This document shows, in pieces, positions 51,431 through 64,000 of a DNA stretch of 64,000 nucleotides. Both the position numbers and the translations under genes were made by a program. Origin of the DNA: Paragordius varius (Eukaryota; Animalia; Nematomorpha); assembly GCA_964247055.1 (NCBI GenBank), contig OZ176053.1, forward strand, positions 9,982,001-10,046,000. The letters are read 5' to 3'. Under the pieces are notes generated by a model. It was not told the DNA's origin. It was given only the letters and a program-made list of their open reading frames with translations, and did not search any database. Positions within the stretch are counted from its first letter, which is position 1. The number at the start of each line of letters is the position of its first letter.

Positions 51431-54400
51431 TTAAGTGTTTAAAAGTTCTGATGTAGCGTATGGTGCATCAGTTTTTGCTTCTGTATTTGTTTTCTTTATA
51501 GATTGTCCGGCAAAAAATTTAGCAATGTCCTCGGGAGAGCGACCTCGTGTTTCTGGCAGGTAGAGATAGAGATACAGCCAGCTTAAGAGTGCAATCATGG
51601 CATACACCAAAAAGGCCCTATTACCCATTACTTCCTAAAGATTTCGATTACAATTGAACTTGGAATGTATAGTAATGGGAATTCTTTGAATAAGTATATT
51701 GAATAAATATGTTTTCTCTACGGTTTAATGTTTGGCCTTAAAATACTTTTTATAAAAAATGGCAAAGACAAATATTAGAATCATTACATAAAAGTGTAAA
51801 TGTTATTTATTGACGTTACTATCCCAGAATGCAAACTATTGAAAATTTATCATAAGTACTAAGATCTTATTCGAAATTAAAACTTACGACTAATAAGGGA
51901 AAAATAAGGACAGTTATAAAGTTGGTTATCCAATTGATGGCCATGGCAAAACTTGTACCCTTTGGCCGGGCTGAAACATCAAATAATTCCGATGCAATAA
52001 ACCACGCAATAACACCTAACGATTTTCCAGTTAAAATATATTTAATTTTTAAAAATATAATCCTTTATCTGGTACACAAATGTTTTATATATTAATGTAT
52101 TGTAAATATGCCATAAATACCACACTACGCATAATTTTTTAAAAACAATGGAGGCTACAAATCAATATCCTTTAATATATCTAATTATTTTTCGTTTTAA
52201 CCTTATTTTTATTAATATAAACTGACATAAATACGAATAATAATCTATGCAAAGATACCTGGTCCAATCGAAAATGAACATACAAAACCAATAATCATTG
52301 CTATTGCAGCATATAAAGCAACGGGGTATCGGTTATTTGCTCCTAGTGTAAGGCATATGGTTAGCAGAGTGTTGAAAACAAAAAGCCCCATAAGACCTAT
52401 CAAAAATAATGTTCGGCGGCCCAGTTTTTCGATAAGTAACATGGATATTAGTGTGACCATGACTAAAACTGCGCTAATTCCACAAGTAGCATAAACTGCA
52501 CTTAGAGTTGTAAAACCGGTACTCAAAAATATACTTGTCGAGAAAGCTAATATCTATCATTGAAATGATAAAATTATTCAAACTAATCTTTAAATTTAGT
52601 AAATATTTGTAATACATTACAGCGCCTATCCCAGTTGATTGTTGCCCTATTTGCGCTACTAAACACAATATAATCGGTTTAAAATACGCCGGTGTTGTAA
52701 AAAACATATGCCAATTCATATGCGGTAAAGATTGATTTTCCACTTTTTCCCTTTTCAAATCCATCAATTCCTTGGTTTCCATCCTTTCATCGTGTCGTAG
52801 TTTGTGCAGTTCTAAAATTATCACACCAATATTATGAATTAATTGTAAAGTTGATATATATTGACATGTCACCTAAACAAGGTCGACGTCTATTTTAAGC
52901 CTTAGTAGATTAAATCGCTTTTTAAGGCTTTAACAATGGATCAAATAAGTTTCCTTTTAAGTTTAACTTCTAATTAATATAATACGTATTTTGGCCAAAT
53001 TTTCATTGTTTTTGTAAATCAAGGTGTGCCGAGGACTGCCAGGGAGATATGGTAGGATTATAAGTTGAATAATGGCCGGTAAGGCACCGATAGCTGTTTT
53101 TAGAACAAAAGTAAGATATGAATTTATTAAATAAGATTACAATATTTAAATAATGCGTTCATGTGGATTAAGTAACTTGTCATTGAAACTTTAGTACTAA
53201 TTAAAAACCAAATAAATATGGCCAAAGTTTATAGCTTCCGAAAAGAAATGGTAATCCCAATAATTGAGAGGTGAGCGTAGATATCGTCATAGCTAATTGA
53301 TGGGATGCTCCAGTTAAACCTCTAAGGTTATGCGGACTTATGTCTGCCAAATAAGTCGAAACGATTCCCGATGTGATGCCTGGCATTTTTAAAACATAAT
53401 GTTAGATTTAATTTTTTGATAAACAAGTTTCTATAATTTAATTGAAAAAATAAATTAAGTCGAAATTAATAATATTTTTTTACCACAATTGAGTCCTGTT
53501 AAAAGGCGACTCAGTATAACCATTTCATAGGATCCCATAGGTTTGGCCATCATTACGCATATTGCCGCCAACAAACTTGGTATATTGTTTAGTAATAAGC
53601 ATAACTTTCTAAAAATAGTTAAAATAGAGGTTAAAAAATAAATATATTATATTAACCTTGAATTGGATGTTTGGATGTAAAATTATGAAATTTATATTTA
53701 GGTCGACTCATCCGTAGGTACGAGTAATTTAACTTTATATAGTGTATCCGAAATTTTAAAATTTAGAAGTCAAAATCTATAATAATATTTTGGTGTTTAT
53801 AAACCAAAAATTTCATTGAGCGATAGTTTGAACAATTAATCAAAAATTTACATTTATAGAAAAAATAGTATTAATTATTATTAGTTGAAGAAAAAACTAA
53901 CTGCATATATATTACCCCCTCTATATACCTTTATGTAAAATATATAAAATATTTAAAACTAATTAATATAAAATTAGATCTGATTTCTTAATTTGGGCTA
54001 ATTATAATTAATAAAAAAGATTATTACTGGCCATATTTGTGAGAAAGGGATCCTGAAATTAAAGCACCAAATAAACCGCTAATACCATAACAAGAAACAG
54101 TTATAGCCCATAGAAATGTATTAACTGGCAAGGACATTGCTGTGCCCTTCCGATGAATCTGAGTTTCATTATACCAATCACGGACAATCTACATATAAAA
54201 AGAAGAAAAAACAATATACTTAAGCAAGATAATATAATTAAATTTCAGAATCTATACGTTTTCAGGAGGATTGACGACGCCCACTGCATAACCAAATTGA
54301 AATGAACTTAACACGATTGCGAACACCGTAAAACATAAAGATGCTGTTAATCCCTAAAATAATTACAAAATTTAACACATACAAATATTATTATATTTTA

Positions 54401-55467
54401 TCCAATTAAAATGATTTTATTTACCTTATGTTCTATATTTAAGTGATTGCCTAAAAGGCTAAAAAGGCATATTTTTCAGCTTAATTCCTTAAATACTTGC
54501 TAAGATATTCAAATTTGATGCTATATGTAATAGAGCGTTTGGAATATACAATGAGCAAGACACAAGTCTTAAATGGCTGAAATATGGTCCAAAAGCTGAT
54601 ATGGGAACATTTTAGGCAGCCAAGTTTTAGTGGTAAAATTGAGATAAATATGAGAGCCACTCAGCTTTTTCACATAAACGAATTCATGTCGGTTAAACGG
54701 TTCATTCACATGGCCCTAAACTTTTACCTGCATATTTAATTTTTACTTTGCAAGGGTTTTTTGTATTAAATTAAACAGAGGCGCAGATAAAAAATTTTCG
54801 CGGTTAAAATCTTTAAAAAATAATGTAAACGATGATTTTATTAAAAATTTTATATCAACAAAAATAATTGGTTTAAACATCAAACATATGAGAAAAATTT
54901 ACGATTTTTTAATATGGCTAAAAATATATTAGCATAGCTTTGTTTTAACTATGCCCCAAACATAAAGCACCATCAGAATATACCTAAATTATTAATCGAT
55001 AAAAATGACAAATGGCTATCCAATGATTTATAAACCCTACCTAGAATAATAATACTAACAATAATTGTTATCGAAATTATAAATTATCGGTCAAACATAT
55101 TGATCAGTCAACCGACAAAATTTTTTTACTTTAATTTGATTCTAATTATGTCTACCAGGCAAAAAAAGACAAAATACCACAAACTAAAAATAAGATAATC
55201 CCCAAAGCATCATATATTATCTAAATAGGAATAATAGTTATAATGATGGTAAAATGCATCAGTTTTTCGCAATTTCTTACGATAAAACAAAAGAAGTTTT
55301 ATTACCTTTTTGCTATGACTATCTTCAGATTCCGGAGCATTTGTTAAAATTTCATCAATGGTTCCTTTATCAAATTTATTATTATTATTATTATTATTAA
55401 TTGGGGACGAAACTGTCGGAGTGTCCCCATATTCTTCATCCATTCGTGAAAATTTGTGATTAGACAT
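51431..55467 (-). CDS. SLC2A/GLUT-like sugar-porter family transporter, paralog A (complete)
   Basis: SSFQFGYAVGVVNPP, SRLLTGLNCG, ISPHNLRG, HQLAM, PGSPR, QQSTGIGA, EKLGRRTL, IGPGVIAWFIASELF, NWITNF and LPETRGRS appear in sugar-porter order. Confidence 0.93.
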
Positions 55468-56490
55468 AGAATTTTACGAATAATATGCTTATTAAAGTAT
55501 TTTTATATATGCTATTTATAGATGGTATAATCTAATTTGGACAATGTTTTTTTTGCAACCATGGTATCGCCGATTCGATTTTTAAAGTAGTAAAATAAGA
55601 ATTTTGTTCCATCCAAAACGATATACACAAAGCAATAAAAGAATTATATCATATAAAATCTTTTACGATGACAATAATTATATTACAGGTTATAAAAACA
55701 TAAATTTTACGCGCATATATATTTAGAATAGCACGACATCTTTGTTAAAAGTTAAAAAATAAATTATAAAATTGAGGGAGTGGTGAGACAATATATATTT
55801 TATTAACCTCAAAATGTGTTTCAAAATGCACACACAATGAAATGCGCCATGATTAAGCTATATTTTCCATATTTTTTTCAATAAATCGATTGGAATGATA
55901 AAATATTACAATAAAAAATAGTTATTTACTATATATTGCATTTGCGATTCGTCATATTGCGCTGTCTTGTCATTTAAAAATTTAATAAAAACAGTGATAT
56001 AAACAACAGAGGTAAAATATTGAAAAATATATTTATCCTAACAATTTTACCTGTGCCAAATAATTTTGGTGTGTTTATAAAATTTGAATAGTATATATAT
56101 ATATATATATATATCTAATGTAAACACAATGATTAGTTTTAACAAACATTTTTTATCTATTTTGAAAAATTTTTTAACCATTGCTCAATCTATGTGGCAA
56201 TTCAATCAAAAATATATTTTATAATACAAAGAAAGACCTTTGATCAAATATCGATATCAACGGTGACACGAAAATCAAGCTCAAAGAAGTGACGCGGTCG
56301 TGTTTATAGCTAAAAAGCAATATAATTTGCATATTATAATTTTTGTACATTTTAAGAACCAATCATAAAGTTTTTGCCAACGGTTTAGTAGAGACATTTA
56401 TGAAGTATAAACTGTATATCATAATTTGTATAAAGTTTACTCCTATTTTGTAAACTATTTAATATAAATTTATTTTCAAACCCTATATAG

Positions 56491-59400
56491 CAGTGGTGGC
56501 CAAACGGTCGACAGCGTTGGACTTCTTGACCATCTAATTTTTTTAAAAGCTTTAAAAAATATTTTTGCATACAATTTTTTTTCCACAAAACTATGATTTT
56601 CCCTTTTATTTTTATTTGTGTTTGGAAATCTATTTAACAAATTTTATTTAACTAATTTAATTTAGTACTATATTAGCGTAAATCTCGGGTTGCTACGCAA
56701 CCCGGCGACTCCTTCGGACTTCTTGGGGAGGAGCAAATTTTTTTGCCTTCATACGCGATCTGCACTCCTATTCAATTTATTATGTCTTCATAATTTGGGC
56801 GAAAAATAGCCTAAAAACATATTGTTGAGCGAGTTTAATAGTAGAAAGGCCCAACACCAAATTTTAACAATGTTAACAAAAAAATATATATTCACCAATG
56901 ATCTCAGTATAAAAAACATAAGAATTATTGGGTACAACGTGCAAAAAAGCTTTATTTTTGACATCGGGTATGGCTTCTTAAGTTTTTTGAAAATCAGGTC
57001 CAAAACCACGCCATTTTTGTATGGTGCCTCAGTTTTAAACCGGTAGACCCCTACCCATAGACCTATATGGGAAAAGCGCTGAGTTAAATTTTTTGCTTTT
57101 ATAGGAAACATTTGGAATTATCTTTGATACCATCGTCTCATGGGTTATTCAAAAAAATACCACAACATTAAGTATTCGTTATTGATGGCGTTTTAGGGGA
57201 AAAGGGCCACAAATTAACAGTTAATTAAAAACCTGACCTTCTTTGTTTAGTTACGGATAATATAAATGAACTCACATCGCTTCATAAAATATCAGTAAAT
57301 TAGCTCCAAAACAACGCGATTGCCATATAGTGCGGAGCTTTTGGCGGGTAGCTCCTTACTCAGGGGCGGATATAAAAAAGGGTTGGCCAAATTTTTTGTC
57401 TTTATATGGGGAATATCTGGAATAATCAAGGATTCCACATGTTCCTATTAGAATCATAAGTTATCTGAAATTTAGCTCCAAAGCCATGCTGCATCGATAA
57501 GGTGAGGCAATTGTTGGCGGGTAGCCCCCTATCCAGAGGCCAATATAGAAAGGACATTCAATAAAATTCTTTGCCTTATAGGAATAATTCATTCATTCCA
57601 TATGTTCTTAATAGTTTTTGGAAGAATCAAGACTAAATAATAGTTCAATAGCGCAATTTTAGGGGGTAAAGGGCCTAATTAACGGCCAATTCAAAAAAAC
57701 CGCTCGACTTAAATTTTTGCCTTTTCTGGGTAATAATACATGTCCTCATCAAACTTATATGGCCTGATAAGATTCTGAAAATTAACTCCTAAACGCAATT
57801 TTGATGTGGCGCAGTTTTAGGCGGGTAGCTCCCTACCCAGAGTCTCATAAAAAAGCATTTGATTAAATTTTGCCTTTTTACGGAGAATACCTGGAATCAT
57901 GATGGATTCCATATGCTCTCATAAGTTTTTGGAAAAATTCCTCAAAATTAAAAAATCATTCTATGGTGGCGCATTTATCAGGGCGTAAAGGGCCTAATTA
58001 ACGGCTAATTTTAAAATACCGCTCGACTATAATTTTTTCCTTTTTACGGGAAATATTTTAAGCACGGATTGAACTCATTTGGCCTGATGGGTTTTCTGAA
58101 ATTCAGCCCCAAAGGCTCGCTATTTCGATATGAGGGATCAGTTTTTAGCGGGTAACTCTTTACCCGGCAGCCAATATAAAAGAAACGCTCGATTAAAGTT
58201 TTTGCCTATTAACAGGTGGAATCTTTATTGAATTTTTACGGTCTTATACCTTGGGCGAAAATAGATTCAAAAAATTATTTTTTGGACTTAATTTTTTTGA
58301 AAAAAATGGCATTTTACGGGGGGGGCGGGTAAAAAGAGGGCCTAAATTAAAAAAGCGAGCTGACTATGTTCGGCGCAATCGAAAATTAGTAAAACCATAT
58401 TTGGAATCGAATGGTCCAACATGTTTTCCGGAAAATTGTTTCAAAGACATTTTGTGGCCCTCTGTTTCCATAAAAAATCCGTTATTTACACGGGGTGGAT
58501 AATGATTATATTTTATCGACATTTGAATTTGAATAGGTCTACCGGTTTTCCGGAAACAGATCACAAAGCTAGCATTTTCCATTTTTATAAATAAATAATT
58601 TAATATATATTTTAATCATATGTATTTTATTCTTACTTTAAATCATTAGTGATTTTTCTATAAAAATAGTTTAAATTTAGCTAAAAACCGAAACAAGGAT
58701 CATTTTAACTATATTTTAGTATGATTAAATATTTGAATCAAAAAATATAGTTATAAAAGATGAGAGGATATTTACCTTTTTATAATGAATTATAATAAAT
58801 AAATGTACTTATTTGATATGCTAATCCACCGTGGCTTTGCCTAAAAAAGCAAATATCCTTTTACTACGCTTCAAATGAAGTATCAAAAATACAATTCAGA
58901 TACTCGTAAATCAAATATCAAGCTATTGAAAGAGCTAAAACTCACAGTGCATTGTGATATACAGCTATAATCAAATAAATTCCATAGTTGCAATTTACAA
59001 AATATTAGAAATCGTATTAAAAAACAACAAATATTCCCAGGACGCTTATATCTTATTAAAGCTTCTAAAGTGTAGTTTGATAATTATGAATAAAAAATGA
59101 ATATTATGAAATTAATAAAAGCATATCCCTATCTGAAGGCACAATTTTGCTGAGAGGTGAAGATCTTAATCAGAACCTTACCGAAATTTTGCATGATAAT
59201 ATTAAATCTTGTGTTTTTCGCTTCAAATTGACAAGTCCACCGATTACGTTGGAATCGCTTAATTATGCGTTTTAATTCGCATAATCTTCTATGATATATC
59301 AAACATAAAGGTTGACTGTCATACCTCTTGCAAGAGCACACCAGAGGCCATGATATATTTATTTCTTAATTATGTTACAGTTACAAAACCGATTTCAAAG

Positions 59401-59718
59401 CTTGTATCCATAACAACCGACGGTGCTCCAGCGATCATTGAAGTAATGGGTTCGTGGCTTTTTTTAATTCCATAATAATTTTTCAGATTTTATGGATTAT
59501 CATCGCATAATACATACTCAGGTTTTATGTTTCAAATATCAAATATGAGAACATAATGAATGTAGGATTTATAGTAAATTCGATTAAATCGAAAAGTTAA
59601 TCGCGCCGCCAGTTAGAGTTCTGTTATACGAGTGTCATATTGAACATGGTGAACTTTGCACGCGACAATTTTTTCCCCAAAAAAGTAGCACGTTAGAAAA
59701 AAAGGTTGGCCACCCATG
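56491..59718 (+). mobile_element. hAT (Buster/SPIN/GTF2IRD2-like) DNA transposon, degenerate, with nested insertion
   Basis: TIR CAGTGGTGGCCAAAC / GGTTGGCCACCCATG (12 of 15). Perfect 8-bp TSD CTATATAG at 56483-56490 and 59719-59726. Transposase remnants at about 58815-59660: ISLSEGTI, LQIDKSTD, EHTRGHDIF, KLVSITTDGAP, YHRIIHTQVLC. Confidence 0.88.
56673..58600 (-). mobile_element. Probable non-autonomous Helitron with internal tandem repeats, nested in the hAT
   Basis: On the minus strand the 3' end is a hairpin CGGGTTGC-GTA-GCAACCCG, then 9 nt, then CTAA|T. The 5' region is TATAAAAATG-like near 58590, but the exact end is uncertain. Internal repeated blocks are present. Confidence 0.65.
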
Positions 59719-60536
59719 CTATATAGTATGAATTCATTTACCTTATATAACGAGCACTAAAAGGCCATATCCGTATTTTAAATGGCTAAAGGGTACTTAA
59801 TCATGGCAGTAACCATGTATGAAATTCCCGCTTTTATTAGTTGCATAATCAATTAATCATGCTATTTATCTCCACAATTTCCAAAAATCTATATAATACG
59901 AAAAATCTCATACATGGCTACTGACGTGTAATTTAGATACCTTTTTAGCCATACAATAAATAGATATGGCGGTTGATCTAATAATTATCTAAAATTTTAG
60001 GATATTCCGTTTCCCAAAACTTTTTAAATTTAAGCGTATGATTGATATATGCCTTTGGACTTGTGATATTTTAATTTTTCAAATTTTTGGATTCTGTATA
60101 TGCAGGCAAGTTACTTATTGTTTTTACAATTAAAAACCAAAATTTGAAGATGAGGGACTCTGATTTATATACAATATCATTGGATGGGGAATTATATTAC
60201 CGTTACTATATTTTACAAATTTATTAATACAAAGACTAGTATATTCTGACAATGGAATTTCACAATTTAATTAAATAATATATACTAGCATTAAGTGGTG
60301 ATAATCTATTATCACAGTTTTCAATTATTATATATTAAAAAAATTATATTTGAGGTATTACATGTAATAAATTTGAATTCATACAATTGATACAATACTT
60401 TTTGCACAAAGATTTGCCTTTGCTGATTTTATTCATTTCATTACATGAAAAATATATTCTTTTATAAAAATTTGATGGTTTAACTCTCAATGTTGCCTAA
60501 AATACTTAATTAAGTGTGGACGATTCATAAATATTA

Positions 60537-63500
60537 TTACATTCTAGTATCATGGTTGTGATTATGGTGATGAGGATGATTTCTATGGCGTTGAAAATGA
60601 TAATTTCGCCAAAATTTGTGGATTCGAGAAATTTCTTTGGGTGTCATAAAAAGGCGCGCAAGTTCATCTGAGGTACGACCTTGCGTTTCTGGCAAATACA
60701 TGTAAGTAAACATCCAAAACAACGCTAACAAAACGGTGAATACGAGAAAAATGTAATCCTCCAGGGAAGTCTATAACAGTAAATAAAAAATAAATTTTGA
60801 GTCACCTTGTTTTCATTTGATGCAAACTATTTTTTTTAATAACAATAATAATTATAAAAATAAATTCAAAACATGTCACATTTTTTGTACATGTTAATCT
60901 GGAATAGCGATAAAAAATATATTACCAACATGATTGGAAACAAAAAGACGGCCAAAAAACTAGATAGCCAGTTAAAACCAACTGCAATGCTCATTCCTTT
61001 AGGCCGAGCGGCTTGGGTAAAAAGTTCAGCGGGAATAAACCAAGCAATAACGCCTAAACATTATATTCATTAAAAATAAATAAATAAATAATTATTTTTG
61101 AATTTCTCATAAAAAAAGCAAATTTGCAAAGAATTATACTTGGGCCAATGGCACAGAATCCTACGTATGTAAAAATAAAAAAGACTCCAAGATAGGAAAC
61201 CCAATAAAGATGGGGTCTGTTTCCGAGACCCAAACAGACAGTTATAAGGATAGTACTAAACCACATCCCTCCAAGTCCTGTTAGAAAGAGGGTTCTCCTT
61301 CCTGCCCGTTCGATTATAACGAGAGAGAGGGCACACAAAACGAAATACATGAATCCCATTACAAGTGTAACGTAGGTTGCATTTCGAGCTGCTATTCCGG
61401 CTGATATAAAAAGGGCCGTCGAATATGATAGCACCTGCGCATGATAAAATATACTTAAAAGTTGACAATACGCTTTTATGTGTAATTAATGGACGTTTGT
61501 CCTTAAATTACATAATTTAAACAGTGGCACAAACTAAAGACATGACAATGAAAGGGAACCTATTGAAAACCTATATTACGGATTTTAATTTCTAATGGCT
61601 AGTTAGGCCTTTTAAAGGGTAACAACTAGGTTATACCTAAGGTCTGTATTTTTTAACTAATTAATTAAACTAAGTGTGTAATGAATTTTCATCGACTATC
61701 ATTTAAACTTACGGCGCTAATGGCAGTTAACTGTTGCGATACACTAGTTTCACTTGCTATGATGAGTGGTTGACGATAAACTTGTTTTCTCACCATATCA
61801 CTCCAAGTTACGGGAGGCAATCGTTTTTGATCTTGATATTCAACTTTCATTTGTTCTATTTCGTCTTCGACATCAGTAGTGTTCCGTAATCTTATAAGTG
61901 CTAGGAGAAAAATATTATATTATTATAAATTTGTTGTATACCATTATGATGCAATAGATATTAAATTTTGAACCATTTTTGGCTTCCTTTTCTTGTTCTT
62001 TGAAAATCAGTAGGTATCTTGGACTTTCGGGTAGAAAGGGAAGTATGCATACTTGAGCGATTGCAGGAAATATTGATAGAGCTAATATTAATAATAATTT
62101 TTCAATATTAAACAATATAAATATGACATATAAAATAGCGCTATATTTAATTAACAGTGGTGTACATAGCTGTTGTAACGAGTGTACATAGACCAAAACC
62201 TTCTCCTATGCAAGATTTAATTTACATTTTTTCATGTTACGGTACCTAAAACTGGCTAATTTGATATTTATCTCAAAATTCAATTTGATGATACACAAAA
62301 ATAATAACTAGGATAAAAAATATATAATTTGAGCTAGCGTATTCATTTGCCGCAAAAATTATTATTTGTTGACAACCTAGTTTTCTGAAATATTGAGAGA
62401 AAATCGAAATCGAGCAAAAAGTGAAAATTAAGGATAACTCAAAAAATAATGATAGAATATGAAATATTATTGTTTATTATCATTTTAGGAGATATTTTCA
62501 ATATATAAATAGCCTAAAATCATATAGTTAGGGTTTCTATAAAATATCAGGTCAAAAGATGGCGTTTTTCTTTTATCGCACTTAAAAGACAAAAAAATTT
62601 AATGAAACTTTATTTAAATAATGTGTTTTAATTATTTACTACCTAAACTCACTATTAAAATCTTAACATTCATATTTTATTTAGGAAAATAAACTTCTAT
62701 ATCAAAATAAAACTAAAATTATTGTTTTTTATTTTTGCATTTTTTTGTCATCTGGTTTATGAGTGTATGAAAAATTTATACTGTTTTATTTTGGATTCTT
62801 AAATTAGTGGGAATTATTAAGTATATAATATATACAAAATAGGATTGAAAATAAGTGGAATATCAACCAACAATCCGTACAAATCCCAATACAAATATTA
62901 ATTTGTCATAAAACAGACTTGTTACAGGAAATTGTAAGGATTGTTGGTTGATATTCCACTACTTTTTAATCCTATTTTAATTGTATACTTAATAATGCCT
63001 AATCATGTAAGAATCCAAAATAAAACAGTATAAATTTTTTATATACTCATAAACCAGATGATAAAAAATGCAAAAATAAAAAAACAATATTTTTGGTTTT
63101 ATTTTGATTTAGAAGTTTATTTTACTGAATAAAATATGAATGTAAAGATTAGTGAGTTTAGGTAGTAAATAATTAAAAAAAATTATTTTAATATAGTTTA
63201 AATAAATTTTTTTGTGTTTTAAGTGTGATAAAAGAAAAACGCCATCTTTTGACCTGATATTTTATAGAAACCCTATATGATTTTAGGCTATTGATATATT
63301 GAAAATATCTCCTAAAATGATATTAAACGATAATATTTCATATTTTTCTTATTTTTTGAGTTATCCTTAATTTTCACTTTTTGCCCGATTTCGATTTTCT
63401 CTCAATAATTCAGAAAACTAGGTTGTCAACAAAAAAAAATTTTTGCGGCAAATGAATACGCTGGTCATAAGCTATCTCATGAAAAAAAATTTTTCGTTAA

Positions 63501-64000
63501 ATCAAAATGACCCTCTTTTTTGCACACAGTGTTATATATTACCTTTCATTTAATACTTTGCGCTTAAACGTATGCATTGAAGGAATAGAAATCTTTATTG
63601 TCATAAAAACTATGGTATTCATTAATATAAAAAAAGACTATAATTCCACACTTATGCATACGGAAAAACCGACGTTCGACATATTTCTGCTATTTTAAAA
63701 TTGAAACGTAAAATATTTATGTACCTGGCTTACTATGCATCGTTTTCTACCCTTAAAAATCAATAAAATTAACTATAAAAAGTTTTTCAAAAATACTCCT
63801 AGTGTACTTTTATTACAGCGCTGGGTGCTCCAAACTCCCTCTAAATACACGGCCATCGAATAATAATTTTAATATATATGTATGTATGTATGTAACTAAC
63901 CGAAAAGAAGGGGCCAAAGGGACTCTGTCCCCATTATTTGTGGTAGGCCGAGAACTTGTGAAATAAAGATTGCCAAACTAAGCATCACTTGATGAGCTGA
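60537..64000 (-). CDS. SLC2A/GLUT-like transporter, paralog B (5' part outside the window)
   Basis: [30 protein letters not shown] (63900-64000), [45 protein letters not shown] and LPETQGRT. Intron positions are shared with paralog A. His-rich C-terminal tail. Confidence 0.93.
62336..63462. repeat. About 1.1 kb foldback (long inverted repeat) in an intron of GLUT paralog B
   Basis: About 62336-62884 is the near reverse complement of about 62931-63462, with a ~46-nt loop. Example pair: ATTCATTTGCCGCAAAAA / TTTTTGCGGCAAATGAAT. Confidence 0.92.

Noticed and set aside
1-64000. tRNA, snRNA, SL RNA, 5S rRNA and telomeric repeats
   Set aside because: No convincing motifs were found by eye. A tRNAscan-SE and Infernal/Rfam run would be needed to exclude them.

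Overview
This is a very AT-rich, intron-rich eukaryotic window using the standard genetic code. The gene set points to an invertebrate animal with strongly diverged proteins; the species cannot be fixed from the sequence. Genes in order: 3' half of a TBCD-like gene (+), an intronless class A GPCR (+), an ADAMTS-type metalloprotease (-), MADD/aex-3 (+), WAC (-), and two tandem SLC2A/GLUT-like carriers (-), the second cut by the window end. Mobile DNA is dense: an RTE-type LINE with a 5' inversion, hAT elements and MITEs, a probable Helitron nested in a hAT, piggyBac-like and Tc1-like MITEs, a MITE family with 21-bp modular ends, and a ~1.1 kb foldback. The most interesting observations are (1) the twin-priming signature in the RTE LINE, (2) two GLUT paralogs that both lack several canonical glucose-contact residues, (3) an ADAMTS with a very long multi-furin pro-region, and (4) a MITE whose target-site duplication copies a probable splice acceptor. 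I see no clear new multi-gene system. Exon boundaries were assigned by eye and are approximate. Homology calls rest on remembered motifs, not database searches.
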